NCBI GenBank assembly: GCA_964016885.1
Contig: OZ024740.1
Location: forward strand, 393,576,001 to 393,640,000
From: Eledone cirrhosa
Taxonomy: Eukaryota
Length of the DNA stretch: 64,000 nucleotides
Direction of reading: 5' to 3'
Position 1 is the first letter of the stretch. Each line of letters starts with the position of its first letter. This document shows, piece by piece, positions 22,851-38,111 of this stretch. Under the pieces are notes generated by a model. That model saw only the letters and a program-made list of their open reading frames with translations, was not told where the DNA came from and made no database searches. A program made the translations under genes and the position numbers.

Positions 22851-23382
22851 TATCAAACTTCAGTATTTCTATTTTAAATTTGTTTCTATATACATACCAT
22901 AGTCCCAGACAAATTCTTTCTTGTCTTACTCTATTTTTGTTGTTGTTATAATATCAGACTAATTACTACTGACAGTAATCAAATTGAATTAAATTTTAAT
23001 TTTAAATTTAGACTGAAGATAAGTTGAGATTTAAATGGGAAATAGATGTTTTAAAAATAGTGCAGAAGCATATATGTAATAGTGATCTACCAACTACCCA
23101 TGTTTATTGTACAACACTATAATTATATATATGTTTAAAAGAAAGAAAAAGAACAAAGAAAAGAGAAAGTAAAGAAAGTAGAAAGGAATGAAAAACTTAA
23201 GACAGGAAATAAAGAAGGAATGAAAGATAGATATAAAATATCACAGATAGTGCCTTATTTTCAGATATCCCATGGTTTGATACTGAATACCTCACCCAGA
23301 AAATCGTATTCATATCATGTCTGTCTGGGAGGCATATTAAATCATTTGGTTTATTTATGTTGAAATGTTGGAAGTGTTACAG

Positions 23383-23433
<51 letters not shown>

Positions 23434-24929
23434 ATTTTTCTATATGTAGATAACCCAAATCAACAAGATAGACAAAATACTGTTTTCTGGAAAGAAATTT
23501 TATCAGTTATTTTAGACCTTTGTCACTGAGCTACTTTATCAGGAGAACAACATTTTGGACTGGTCATGACTCTAAGATAACCTATGACTATCATTTGTAT
23601 TAAGTAGTAGCAAGCCAAGATGTTTTAAAAAGAATGGTGGAAGAGTAGGGGGGGGGGTATAATTTACAAATGTACTCAAAATGTATTTCTTACTGTAATT
23701 TATTTACTACTAAATGATTCACTTGAAAACAATTGCTATCTATTTTATTTTTAAACTATTTTATATCCATGTTAATTTAAAGAGGGTTACATGTTGTAAA
23801 TTCCATTTATCTCTTCTTTAAAAAACAACTTTTTAGACTAACCATGATAGAAAGGGAGTATTAGTTGATTTGCCCCATCTCTGAATAGTAATAATAATGA
23901 TAATAGTGATAATCATTGCTGCTAATCTCATGATTATCATTTTAATGTGTTTTCCATGCTGGCATAGATTGAATAGTTTTACTGTACAGCTTATCATCAC
24001 TCATCTCATCTATTACCATCTCATACGACACTGAAAATAAATACTCTCAATCCAATTTGGAGCTGTAACTTTCAATATATATATATATATATATATTTAA
24101 AAAATTTATTTATTCTAAATCAATTTACAGATGCTTAAAATAAAACATGCCATATCCATACTAATTTACTATTTTCTTAATCATTGTAAGCTAATAACTA
24201 ACGAAGGTGAGAAAATTATGATTTAAGTTCATTTATTTCTATGATATTGTTGATGAGAACTATTTTATACTGGTTTCAGTATATCTATTTTGACCATAGC
24301 TTATAAATTTGGGTCAAATCAACCGCATAATTTTTGCATTAAAATTCCACCATAAAAAACTAATTCTTATATATCTTCATAAATGAATGTACTTTTTAAT
24401 TCTTAGTCATAATGTTATTGTTGATGCTTAGATCAACATAACAACCAAAGTGAGATTGGGGTGGGAACGTTGTGTGGAAGAAGACCCACCGATTTATGCA
24501 AGTATGGTGAAATTGTTGAATAAAGGTGATGGGGATGGAAGCTGGATGTATCAGGTCTCTTGCTCACTACACTCCTCTTCAATCTCCATATACTGCCCTA
24601 TCCACCCTTTTCCTCTCTCTGTATTCAATTAGCCATCTTTCTCACATTTCTCTACTACTACTTCTACACCCATTATCTTTAGTTTGTCCATTATCATTAC
24701 CTCTGTCTCACCTACTCCATTCAATTGAGCCTCTTTCTTGACATTTACCCATCAGTCATGTTCTTATCAAATTCTATCACTCTCCTTCATGAAATTTAAC
24801 TGTCATTCATAATTCTCAGTGTACATTTCTTTGATGTTATCCACCACTAGCTCTTAACCCACATGATACACCTCTATTGTTTAATCTCTTACCAACAACC
24901 AATATGTAGCTACCACTGTACTCCTCTCT

Positions 24930-25075
24930 CCTGGGACTGGCCTTATCGGGACAAGGGGGCTTGTGTGTTCTGTAAATCTGGGACAGTGTTACCGTCTGGA
25001 GCTTTGTTCCTGGAAGGGTCACCCTAAATGAGCCAGTCTCCCGGGGAGGTTCCAGACCAATAGTGATCCGCAGCA
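24930..25075 (+). mobile_element. RTE (Expander/BovB-like) 5'-UTR fragment
   Basis: GCCTTATCGGGACAAGGGGGCTTGTGTG...CCTGGAAGGGTCACCC...CCAGAC resembles the conserved RTE 5' domain. Confidence 0.45.
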
Positions 25076-25660
25076 TGTTGGCTGGCTGACAAGATGGCAG
25101 CCCCATCATCTGACTATTCTGTAGAAGGCCAACAACCCACCCAGAAGAACACCAATATGTTACAAAACTGACCAGAAGAAACCAGACTACCCAACATAGC
25201 AACGGACCACTGTATGCACCCCACCAACAAGAAATTGATTTGTGCTATAAAATTTGTGTTACCACATGGAATGTCCTGTTGTTCCTTTGCCCCAGAGCAG
25301 CCATCCTGTTGTCCTGTTTCTCCATTCAACCTCTTGTCCTTTACGCCTCTTCAAAACTACAGTTTCAGTTACTTTTGCCTTGAAATAATAGAATGGAGAG
25401 GACTCATTTTCCAGGTAGAGTCAAAGCAACCTCTCTAGTATTGACACTACAATGAAATAAACCCACAGCATTCTGCAAATCAGAAATAAAGTAGGATACA
25501 GAGAACTCCCAAATGCTAGTGGCAAAACAAAATGCACTCAGTACAATTCAATTTAAGTGGTCCTGAGACCCATCTAGAAGACCAGTAACTCCAAATAAGG
25601 ACTGACTCGGTCAGTAACAACTTGTCCAACTCATGCCAGCATGAAAGGCGAATGTAAAAT

Positions 25661-25811
<151 letters not shown>

Positions 25812-27325
25812 AGGGGGGGGGGGGGGGGCAGGGGACAAGCAGAAAATGACTTGATACGTAAGAAAAATAGTGTTAGCCAAAAATGTTAATACATCAAATA
25901 TGGCTGAAATATCTCAAGTTAATTTCATTTAAACATGTTCATATTTATAGTTGTAGACATTCTTTACACATATAATATTATCAGTAGTACAGAAATGGTT
26001 CTATGCCTATTATATGAAGGATGGGAGGATTTATTTCTTATATTATTGGAACAATTCAAACAACCAGTATGGGAATATAAAAATATTGGTATATTGGCTG
26101 GAATAAGTTGCTGCTTTGAGATTTAAAAGAAAAAATAATAACCTTCTCAAAACTAATCACTTGAAGCATAACAAATATTCAAACCACTTAAAAATAGTAA
26201 GCCATACACACAAATATTATATCTTAAGCTGTCAAGCATCAATATTTGATTTCTAACTGTATAATGTAATAAAAATGTTTGTAATATCAACAACAGTATT
26301 CACATTATCTATTATTCATAATGCTAATTCTATGGTATATTGTTAAGACACATATAATATTTAAAAATTGAAGTTTATGAGTTAACTGGCTGCAGTATCA
26401 ACAAAGTAACTTAAGACAGGTGAAGATTTTATTTTCTTGACACAGTATGTTTTTGCTGTAAACTTACACTTAAAATACTTCTGAGTCACGACGTAATTTA
26501 AAGTTACTAAATTGAAAATGGGACCAATCTTATTGATTAATATCATCAACAGAGTATAGATTACTTGAATTGTGTTTTGCTATTGATTCAACAACAGAAC
26601 ACTGGTAGTTGTTTACTTACAGGCCAATCCTAATCCAACAGACCTGTGACCCAATGCATTCAAGTTGTGATCATTTTAGGGTTATCTATGACTATGTTGT
26701 CTAATGTATTGTCTTTTTTATATTCAAGATGTTACAGTGTTACTTGAAGGAGATTATGCTACAATTTCTAGAAGGTCAAATTACAGTGTTGAGTGAGGCT
26801 CCTCTATTGGTTGAGTGACTAAACACTTCTTACTTTGTACTGTCATTATATATTTGCTTTTCATCCTTACGGGGTCAATAAAATAAAGTACCAGTAATAC
26901 ACTGGGATAATTGTTGGCCTTGTGCCAAAAGTAGAAACAATTATATACTAACATTTACAATATACCCTCACTAAAGTAAGGCAATTAAGAGCTAAAAACA
27001 TGAGTTTCTTCTGATGCAACATTGCTAATCATAAAATATATCACTTGAGTTTAGCTCTTTCATTGCTTCAACAATATAATTCAGATCATTTATCTGTTCC
27101 ATTATTCCACTAATTCAAAAACAGAATCCAAATTACTTTAACAACAGAATCGAGATTACTTGACATCAACTTTTCATTTGATTTACATATTGAAAACAAA
27201 ACAAAAATCTGCATACTTTAAGTTCATTTAGTTAATGGATCGATAATTAGAATCTGCAGACATGGTGAATAAAGTTAGGTCACTTTCAACACCAGTTTCT
27301 GTAAGAATATATATTTGTATAATAT

Positions 27326-27540
27326 TGGTTTCTGATTTAGGCACAAGGCCAACAATTTGCAGGGAGGGAAAGTTGATCAAATCAACCACAGTGCATTACT
27401 GGTACTTTATTTTGTCAACACCGTAAAGATGAAAGGCAAAGCTAACCTTGGCAGGATTTGAACTCAGATCATAAACGGCTGTAACTATATGCCATAAAGG
27501 ATGCTATCCAACGCTCCACTGATATTGCCAATTCACTGCA
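27326..27540 (-). mobile_element. tRNA-derived SINE family B (Nin-like core); other copies at ~26853-26942 (+), 33020-33175 (+), 51660-51770 (-), 54043-54147 (+), 55518-55671 (+)
   Basis: B box GAGTTCAAATCC; core GCCTTTCATCYTTACGGGGTCGATAAAATAAAGTACCAG; tail GGCCTTGTGCCAAAAGTAGAAACAAT. Confidence 0.75.
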
Positions 27541-27926
27541 CTATTGTATAATATTAAATGCTCAAATGATTAGACCTGCATTAAGTAGTAGATAAATCCT
27601 GCTATTTCAGGAACATGATCAACACTGGAGTAGGAGTCTAGTGGTAGCTCTGTAGTGGATTTTAAGGATGGTTATGAATTTCATAACCATCTACTCTACT
27701 AAGAGCTATCAACATAAAAAGGAAAAATTAGGCTAGAGACTTCAAATGATTGGATTAAGTATAATCTGGCCTAGGTGCAATGCTAAATTGTAAGAACAAC
27801 TGAGAAGAGGTAAATTGAATAAGCTGTAGGGTATCAGATATACTGAATATGCTCAAATAAAAGCTGAGGAATATGCCAAAAAAAAAAAAAAATTGATGGT
27901 AAAATGGAGGATAGGTTTATTTTAAG

Positions 27927-28113
27927 GATTTTCACTAACTTCAAATTCTACATAAATAAGATGCTAAAATATCTGGAGTGATTATTTCACAACGAAACAG
28001 TTTTTCTACATTTACTACATCGTTATAGATGTTATATATGTTCCCTTGAAAATATTTCCAACAAATTTTTATAATTTGATCATTTTAGTACATAAATATC
28101 ACATACACATGCA
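27927..28113. repeat. Dispersed repeat, inverted copy of 16537-16775
   Basis: TGCTAAAATATCTGGAGTGATTATTTCAC and flanks. Confidence 0.7.
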
Positions 28114-30249
28114 ATGAAAAAAGCAGGCAAAGTGAGTTCAACTAGAGAGTGGCAATTACATTGAAGTATTTTTTTAGGCTTATGAGGCATAAGGCTGTAG
28201 AGTTTTTTTCCTGCAAGCAATAAATAAACAACAGTACAATGGTGACATGCTGCAACACACGAAAAGGGAAAAAAACGGACTGTTCAAACCCCACAACAGC
28301 TATTAAGTAGATTTTGCATTAATAGATGTACATTAAATAAGTTCATTATTATTATTATCATCATGTTATTCACTCACATATAACAGAAAATCAAGAGCAG
28401 ACACACAAAACAGCATGACATCTAATAGCATGCACGGTTGGCATGGACAGCGGTAAATTCAAAATAAAAAAGTGGTGTTACGTTTATGGCGCAGTTATGT
28501 CTTGTTACTACTATTTTTAATATTATGTGGTTGAGGTTCAGTGAAAATGAAGAGCATATAAGTTAAACATAGTGAGCTACATAAATTAATATTTACTTTA
28601 GTAGAAAGGGTGTGAATTATTATGCAAGCATGTAGAAAGGATCTCAGATTTTCTGTTTGATACAAATATTTATGCTCGGCTGACTTCACTGTCTTAAACA
28701 GCAACAACTTTAACCTTTGAAAGACTCTTGATTGTTTTGAATCCCTGCTTACTGTAGACCTCAAGTGAGCATTGAGCTTTTCACACCTTACCAAAATTAT
28801 TAGAGGAATATTCCATTATAATCACTCATATATATATATATATGCATACTCACACACCTATATACATACACACACATGCACAAACACACATCCATACCCA
28901 CCTGTATGTGTGATGTGCACATGATAATAAAAAGAAAGATATAAAAAAAAAAGAAAAAGAAAAAAATCATGACTAAAAGAATAAAACAAGCATTAGTGTG
29001 CTGAAAGTTTAAAAAAAAATATCGACATGAATAAATCAATCTTGAGCAAAACATCCAACTTTTCAATCTGATATGATTCATTACCCAAAGAAAAGAAATG
29101 AATTTTTGCGGCAAAAATGAAGGTAAGAAGAAGAAATATTTATTTAGAGAAAAGAAGCTTATGTTAAAAAAGTTCTGTTAAATTTGTATATTTGCTGTTT
29201 GTGTATGTCTGCTTATACATGCAATTTTTCAAATTTTTTCCTCCTATACATGCAAACACATAAAATAAATGAATATATATATAACATCGTTTTAAAAATA
29301 TACATATATATATCACCATTTCAAAAATATACATACATACATACATATATATATATATATATCATCGTTTTACAGAGAGAGAGAGAGGCAAAAAGCCAAC
29401 AGGTGAAGAAAAATTGAAATGACAATGTATTTTGAGAGATCAGGAAATGAGTATTATTCCAAATACAGAAAAGAAGTGACAGAGAAAAAATATTCCAACC
29501 ATGGCTTAATAGTTATAGAAATTTAGATATTGAAAACTGGAAGCTTCCCTTTCTAATGTCAATCACTATACAGTGTACTAGATGTGTTTTATTGTAGCAC
29601 CAACACTACCACTTTACAAAGTGGACTGCATACCACACACAGCAGGTGAAATATATCGCACACTATTTGGTAACTACAGAATCAAACAGAAGAGTTATAT
29701 GTATGAATTTTAGATCTTTTAACTGCAAGACAGCTAAACAGTTTTATGGAATAAAGTAGCTTTGACTATATTTTTAGACAGTAATACTTAATACAAACAG
29801 CTGGTAACCAGTGTATTTGTGGCTCGTGTTACTGATAATTACTGCAGGCTAAATAGGAATGAATACAAATAGCAAGCAAAAAATTTAGTCCGACATAATA
29901 GTAGACGTATTACATTAGATGAGCGGTGAAATAAATCACAATATAACTTAGAGGATTCCAATGATTCCATTTGAAAACTATCTTTATTTTCTATGACTGC
30001 CTACAGTATATCTGCATTTCAGAACATATTCACCTCCAACTGACATTGGTCAAAGGAACTCACTATTGCAAAGTAATAAAGTGAGCCTCTCTGGATGCCC
30101 TTCCTAACACCAACCACATTTACAGTGTAAACTGGGTGCATTTAACTGTGACACCAAAATGACCACTTTACAGTGTGGACTGGGCATTCTTGGTCACACG
30201 TATATATCTATATTATATATACAGATATGCATGTATACACACACACACA

Positions 30250-31099
30250 TATAAGGTTTCTGGACAAGTTCTGTAGCCCACCAACAGATGGCAACACTTG
30301 GTTGTGCACACAGTAAGAGCTAGCAGTGACCTTCATGCATCAGTGTATCAAGTGACATCGCTGTGTTCACTTTGCAAGTTGTGAAATTTGTGTTTTTGTA
30401 ATCACGTGTATGCTGTAGCCTGTGATTTTGTCATGAACAGGGAGTTGGAACAAAGACCCAACATGAAATTTTGCGTTCAACTAGGTAAGTCTCCTACAGA
30501 GGCATTGAACATGATTTGGTAAGCTTACAGCAAGGTTTCAAGTGGCATGGGCACTTCAAAAGCAGAAGAGCATCTCTGGAAGATGACAAGAGATCTGGAA
30601 GACCTAACACCAGCGTCACCCTCCAGAATTAATCAGCAGTTTGACTGCAAGGTTTCGAGGCATTTGAGGGAGGAAGTTTGGCAAAAGTGACTGGATCGAT
30701 GGAGTGTGATGAATTGGATTCACCACAATGACAATACACTTTGTCACTGAGCTCCTCTCACTAGTGAGTTTCTCATCAAAAACAATATTGTATCATTTCC
30801 ACACCTGCCCTATTCACCAGATGTAGCACCTGCAGACTTCCAACTCTTCTTTTAGCTGAAAATGTAGCTCAAATGTCACTATTTTAACACCGTTGCCGAG
30901 ATTCAAAGAGAATTGCAAAAGCTCCTTGACTCGCTTACGGAAAGCGACTTCCAGGCCAGATTCCCAAAGTGGCAGGAACGCTGGGGTCGTTGTGTTGCTG
31001 CACAAGGTGACTATTTCAAAGGAGATCATGTTAAAACTTCCGTAAATATATTAGTTTTTTTGTAAACATAACTAGTCCAGGAACTTTTTGATACTACCT

Positions 31100-31103
<4 letters not shown>
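30250..31103 (+). mobile_element. Decayed, internally deleted mariner (DD34D) element
   Basis: EQRPNMKFCVQLGKSPTEA; LEDDKRSGRP; HHNDN; HLPYSPDVAPADF; WQERWGRCVAAQGDYF. Right TIR ACTAGTCCAGGAACTTTTTGATACTACCTTG|TA. Confidence 0.9.
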
Positions 31104-31158
<55 letters not shown>

Positions 31159-31166
<8 letters not shown>

Positions 31167-31419
31167 ATACTTGGGGAGGGTCATATTTGTGTAATATTGC
31201 CAGAATTAATAACAGAACGATACGAACATGCCAGACAACAACACAATGGTAACATAGACAACATAGAAATTAGAATAATATCTAAACATAGAAATGACCC
31301 AGCAGATAGGCAAATCAGAGAGGCCAGTGAAATAGAACTTAGAAGGCCAAGGCTAAACAGAAAAAAATGAATGGAATAACAACAACACCCAAACAAACAA
31401 CACTGATCTAAGAGAAGTA

Positions 31420-31466
<47 letters not shown>

Positions 31467-31947
31467 ATACATACACAAGCACAATAACAACAAACACATA
31501 TAAACACACACTAGTAAAGATAGAATACATTAACCAATACACAGTCACCCAAACATGAACACACATCAAACAAAACACTATACACACACACAAACGCATG
31601 CGCAAAGAAGACAAAAAAATAAACAAATAAATAAATATATAAACAGACTAAATAAAGATGGCGTAGACATACGATGCAACAGGAGGAAACAATAGAACCA
31701 CTGACGATGTTGCAGATGTGCAACGAAAGAACTTTGATAGACTATATATATGTGTTTGTGTCTATATTGTATGTGTATATTTTTGACCGTTGGTCAGTCA
31801 ATAGCAACATTGAGGACCGAATAAATTAAATTAATCGATATAATAAACACAGAAGTGAAAAGCGAAAACCAACCAAACAGCGAGTGTGTTCTGTTATTAA
31901 TTCTGGCAATATTACACAAATATGACCCTCCCCAAGTATAACAATAT
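31159..31947. mobile_element. 789-bp non-coding element bounded by perfect 60-bp inverted repeats
   Basis: 31159-31218 is the exact reverse complement of 31888-31947. The element abuts a (TA)n tract. Confidence 0.85.
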
Positions 31948-32001
31948 TTGTTTCGACACACAATTTCATATCAAAAACCTCGCAAAACTAATTCATCGCC
32001 G

Positions 32002-32033
<32 letters not shown>

Positions 32034-32119
32034 AGGGTCACTGATGAGGACTCACTTTTTCATATATATATATATGTATATATGGCTGACTGTCTTTTTC
32101 ACAACATTTTTTTTCTGTT

Positions 32120-32480
32120 CCTTTCTCTTCAGAGTTGAAGGTCTGTCCAGTCAATGAATTTTGAAGAGACGGAAACAGGTAAACATCTGAAGGTGCAAGG
32201 TCAAACAAATGTGGAGGGTGTGGCAAAACTTCCCAGCCAAATCCCAGTAACTTCTGCCATGCCTGCAAAGGAGTGTGTGATCTGGCATTTTTGTGATGTA
32301 AGACAATACCCTAACAATTAGCAAGTGCTGGACGCTTCTGGTGGATCGCTGCCTTAAATTTTTCTAGCTGGTCACAGTACACATCCAATTTAATGGGAAG
32401 ATGCTTGTAAAAAACAACACAGCTTCCAGTTTCACCAAATTGAAAGCACAATCTTCTTCAGGTGAATTCCTGCTTTGGGG
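32120..32480 (-). mobile_element. Mariner transposase fragment
   Basis: GIVLHHKNARSH...GWEVLPHPPHLFDLAPSDVYLFPSLQNSL (degenerate YSPDLAPSD). Confidence 0.85.
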
Positions 32481-34989
32481 CTTATTACCAGTTTTATAAC
32501 CAGGGTTGGTTCTATTACCATTGTTTTTCATGAGAATGGTTATTTCTTAAACCTCTAACTATCATAACTATTCTTCCTATGAATTGAAACACCAACTACA
32601 TCAGAATCATAAGTAAAATCACAAACACTACTAATGCTATCATTTCAGCTATGATGTAGCTATCACTACAATTCCAATAACCACAATATAACAACCACTT
32701 CACTATTACATCTCGTTTTGTAGTAGCATTAGAGCTTTAACTTGTTCTCAAACATATTTACTAGAGAAATGTGTGGTTCCTGGTTCATTGAATTAGATAT
32801 ATAAGACAACCTATAATTGATGAGTATTTCATATGAATATAGCATTTAGATTAAATCTTTAGTGGGCTAATTCTAAAGATGCACCCAGATAGAAGAAATA
32901 AAATAGCTTCTGTATGACATTCTTTGCATGTATATTGGGTGGAGATCAACTTTACTAGGGTAGATAGTACACACACTTGATAGAAAAAGGAGTAAATTAT
33001 AATTATTACAGACAGCAAGCACTTTACATTCTGAGTTGGAATCCCACTGTGCTTAGCTTAGTTTTTCATCCTTTTGGGATTGATAAAATGTACCAGTAAT
33101 GCACTGAAGTCAATTTAATCAAAATTCCTCTTCCCTTCAAATTGCTGGCCTTGTGCCAAATGTAGAAACAATTATTACAGACAGCAGCAAGAATGCAGCA
33201 GAATTAGCAACTGTTTTGTCACCTTGCAATAATGGAATTATTTAAATGCAAATGGAGCTTCAACTTTTGAAGAGACTAGTTTAATCAGATAATATGAAAA
33301 CTAATTTTGTAGTGGTGAGAAAGCTTCTTACTAACAGCAACAATACAAACCCATCTTCTTACATGCTGTTTCACAATTACTTTTAACAAATGGATGCTTG
33401 GTCAAAGTTAAATGAACATATAGGTTTTGGCTCTTTTATTTCAGTCAATAATTAGAAAGTTAATCTTTTGTAAATCTCAGGAATAACTTTTCATTATTCG
33501 TTAATAATAGACAGATGGATGTTCTACTTACCAAATTAGTCACATAGAGCGCTAAGAGACCGCGTCTAAATAAAAATAAATTTAGAAAAAGTCAATTAAA
33601 TAGATGATGAAAATGCAGAATTAATAAATTCTCAGATTGAATCAGGAAATGGAAAATAAAATATATAAACAACATTTCTGAACAAAATATATTAGGTAAA
33701 ATTACTGTTTTAATGATTTGTTGTTGATCATAAAGGAGACAAGTAATTATCCCAATAATCAATAAAGTGCAATGGGATTAGGAAAGCAAGCCCACTAAAA
33801 TACAAAGGGGTGTTCAAAGTTTGAGAAATTCTGTTAAGACATGGTCCATCTGTAAATCACTTCTTTTGAGCCATGGCAACTGGGAATATTCAAATTAATT
33901 GAATAAACCAGGCTTGTGAAAATAAAATGAATCATGACACGAAGCACAGATACAACCTGCTTTGTAAGCAGGTATTCAGATTGTCTAACATTACATGAAT
34001 GAAAGATCCATTTCCATCTTGATAAGCTATTAAGATGCCACATGCTTCTCAGAAAGGCATGGAATAGATTAGACAGACAGACATTTTTTGGTACTTTAAT
34101 TTGATTACCAAGGGTATTGCATAAAAATAATGAGTCTAAAAAAAGTCTAAATGAGTTCTTGATTCAAATATATACACACTTTCATAAAGAAAGGAAAGGA
34201 GAGGAAAAGAAAAGAGCTGAGCATAAGACTGAATGAACCAAAGAATTGTTGCTTGACAGGGGTAGGCAAGTCTTTAAAACTCAGAATGCACAATAATGGA
34301 CCAGATGTCACATAGCATCCTGTCCAACTCTCTAACATTTCCACCCTTGGACTGGTCCTTTATATATTGACCTTGAATGGATGAAAAGTAAAGTCAACCT
34401 TGGTTGGAATTGAATTCAGAGTGCAGAGAGCAGGAACAAATACTGAAGCATTTAATCCAATGTTTTAGCAAATCTGCCATCTCAACACCTATAATGAAGA
34501 CAAACCTGTAACAAAAGATTTACTGATATACACAAACACTGAAGCATAAAAATGCACACGAAAAGGCAAACAGAAACAATGAATTTTTGCAACAGATAGA
34601 AGGCATGAAGCAGTCTAATGACATATGTAGAAGTTGACCTCTAAGTAAAAAACAAAAAACAATTAGATAAAACTGCAAAAAACAATCTTTCTACTGGAAT
34701 TTTGACTGCAACATTTCAATGTTTGTGACATTAGATAAGAAGTGAAACACAAAACCAAAACTAGTAAAACTGTGAGAATAGATGGAAGGATGTCTAGATG
34801 GAATTCTAATGATAAATGTGACAGATGAGGATAATGATAGTCAAGATAATGATGAAGACAATAATGCTAGTGTTTATGTGATAGTAACAATGATAATAGC
34901 AGGTTTGCAATGCTGAATATTATGGTGATAATACTAATGGTGATGATGATAATAGCAATGGTAGTATTTTAGTGGTAGTATAAATTCAT

Positions 34990-35083
34990 GACAGGTGAAT
35001 GTAAAGATAATGATGGTCATTGAAATAGTGATGATGATAAAGAAGATGGGGTGGATAATGATAAGGATATTGATGGGGAATGA

Positions 35084-35115
<32 letters not shown>

Positions 35116-35240
35116 ATGATGATGGTGATGATGATGATGGTGATGATGGTGATTGTGATGGTGATGGTGATGATGATGCATAGTTATGATGATAGAATGG
35201 TGAGGATGAACATGATGAAGGTGATATGGCCAACAAAATG
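34990..35240. repeat. Degenerate (GAT/GGT)n microsatellite
   Basis: Directly visible. Confidence 0.85.
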
Positions 35241-36164
35241 ATTCTGAAACAACGATGGTGAAAGAATTTATGAGAATGATGCAAGCAGCAACATTTATTA
35301 TTTGAAAGGTGGGTGATGGGAGGAAGTCATAGTAAATCTATTGCTTGCTTTCGTTTTTTCATTGTATTTATAGCTGCAAACGATAAATTATGAGTCAATA
35401 TGTTTTAGAGCTTGAAAGTTTTTCTATCAAGTGTCATAAATCCTACAGAACAGATATAGTTTTACCCAGCAAAGCCTGCGTTCAAGGGCTCACAGGTAAC
35501 CACTACTTTCCTATACCACACAACACATTTTGTATGAAAATACTGATTTTATTTATTTATGTATATTTTAGAAAAACTGGTTGAATTATAAGCAATTTAA
35601 AAACCAAAAGACAATTTATGGAACTTTATGTTAAATTCCATTTCTGCACAGTATTTTATGAAATTTATCAGTGACATACAAGTGGATACATGTCGAAATT
35701 ATTTTTTTACTGTTTTAAATTTGGAAGGAGATTTTTTAATCTGAGTTAAAAATAGTTTTACATCTGGATGCCCAGATCCCTACCATTAACCACTCAACTG
35801 TGAAGTAGGAGTGGAATCTGTTTTTGCCACATAATAGTTGTTCATTTTGTTTAACCCCAGGTCAGTCCTGATCAAATAGTCCTATGATCAAAAGCAGTCA
35901 AGCTGTGACTGTCCTGACCTTTGTATATTAGGGACTACATTGTTTAATATGTGCTTTTTTAAATGGTAGAATGTGATTTAAGGGAGATTTGGATGCTATT
36001 TCTACAATCACAAAGAGGCTCCTTCATTGGCAGAGATATTTGTTTTGCATTAAGGGCATCAGAAAATGACTATTCTAGTATGGTCTAAACTCAGGACCAC
36101 AGGCTCAGTAGTCCTTAGTATTATAGATTTTCTGACTATATATTAATATAAACAATTGTATTCA

Positions 36165-36420
36165 TTATGCTAAGCTACTACCATAAATATAGTTATATCT
36201 TTCATTGAGCTAAATCTCTACAATACAGTTATACCTTTTGTGGAGATTTCTACCATAATTATATATAGACTATTCACTGAGCTAAGCTTTGGCCACAATT
36301 ATATAGTTATGCCTTCTGTTGAGCTAGACCTCTAACACAACTATACTGTTATACCTGTCATTAGTTAAACTACCATAACAATACAGAGCTATACCTTTCA
36401 TTAAGCTAAGTTTCTACAAT
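36165..36420. repeat. Degenerate minisatellite with ~40-bp units
   Basis: Recurrent GCTAAG...CTACCATAA...AGTTATACCTTTCATT units. Confidence 0.6.
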
Positions 36421-36695
36421 AAGAATAAAAATATGCTGTTTATTAATGATATTCAACATATTTCAAAATTTAGTTTCATCAATCTACATTCTCAATGTAA
36501 ATCTCATCAAGGTCAACTTTGTGTCTCACTCTTCCAAGTTAGTTTCCATAATGTATTCTGGTTCAAGAAATCTGTTATAGCACTTTACTACAACATTTGG
36601 TGATGTGAATAGTCGAAAACCTGAAATATTTACAACCTACTCAGTTTAGAGCGCACGCGCACACGTGCACACACATACATACATACATATATATA

Positions 36696-37530
36696 CAGGG
36701 TGTGGACGATATTTGTTCGCAATTTTCAACTGCTAATTTTATGCAAATTTTTTTTACTTCCGTTGTCACTCTTGTCTTCATAAAAACAGTGACTATATTT
36801 CCATTATTTATTTTCAGAATAATTGATTATGAATAATTTTGAACCTCCAAATTTGTGGAAGAGACACGGAGTTCTTGGAATCCGCGCTGGGAGGACAAAT
36901 AAGGAAATTTCAGACTTTCTCAGCGTCAGCAGGAGAATGGTGGAAAAGGTCAGAAAGGAATTGGAAGATTCAGGATTCAACTACGAAGCAACATCAGAGA
37001 GGAAAACACATGATCGACGATCTGACGCCTTCAGAATGCCAGAGTTCGTCGCTGAAGTTCAGGATATCATCAACAATGAACCTAGCAAGTCGATGTGTGC
37101 CATTGCAAGGGAGAAAGGCGTGGGTGAAAAGCTCATTAGGCTGGTGGTAGATGAAGACATTCATTACGTTTCATACAAGATGAGTAAAGGACAATTTCTG
37201 TCAAAGGCGATGCAAGAAAAGCGACTGAAGCACGCAAAGAAGCTGATCAACAAGTTGAAACACCCACTGGAGCCAGACATACTGTGGTTTTTCTCTGTCG
37301 AGAAAAACTTTTGCCAAGACCAGAAGATCAACTCCCAGAACAACAGGTGGCTCGCTGTCTCATCCAAAGACGTGCCCAGAGTCATGCAGACAAAGTTTCC
37401 AGTGACAACATTGGTCTTAGGCATCATCAGCAGTCAAGATGACGTCATGCCACCTCACTTCTTCCCTGAGGGCCTCAAGCTGAACACCGATGGCTACATC
37501 CGTGTTCTGAGCGAGGTAGTAAAGCCAAAG
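36696..37530 (+). mobile_element. 3'-truncated Tc1/mariner-superfamily element (DD37D/maT-like), partial transposase ORF 36823..37539
   Basis: TA|CAGGGTGT left end; N-terminal HTH; WFFS(V for D)EKNF...NSQNNRW...MPPHFFPEGLKLN. The rest of the catalytic domain is missing. Confidence 0.85.
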
Positions 37531-38042
37531 AAGAGTTGATGTCAAATGATGGTGATTAGTCCATAAAAGAAACATTGCATAGCCTACTTACTGGATGATA
37601 GGCTAAAATGCTGACTAGTTTAAAACCATCTTCAAATAAAAAGTACCAGATCCCTGGTTCTCTTTTCACCCACATTTTTCATGCATTCATTGACCAGTAA
37701 AGCTTCAGACAGGACATCAGCCAACTCAACCTCACCAGTCCGAGAGTGCCTGAATAGCCTAAGTACATGAAAAAACGCCACCAAATTATATATTCTTTTA
37801 TTATTTTACTAGTCTCATCCAGTGGACTGTGGCCAAGCTGGGACACCCTCATCAGGTATTAGTTTCCATGGCAGTATGTGAACTGAAACAGCTTGTGTGA
37901 AAATGGTTATGTTCGATAACCATAAATTCAGAATAATTTCAAATCTCTTTGGCACTTATAAAAAGTCTAGTAATTTCATGATAAAAACTAAAAACCCTCT
38001 TGGATAAAATACCAATCTATATATCTGAAAGAAGTACTATTT

Positions 38043-38111
<69 letters not shown>

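Noticed and set aside
34934-35284. Ser/Pro-rich and Asp/Gly-rich ORFs
   Set aside because: Translations of a (GAT/GGT)n microsatellite.
37590-37760. Minus-strand exon LFRHSRTGEVELADVLSEALLVNECMK...
   Set aside because: It needs a weak donor or a frameshift to stay open, and no protein family is recognisable. Not supportable without RNA data.
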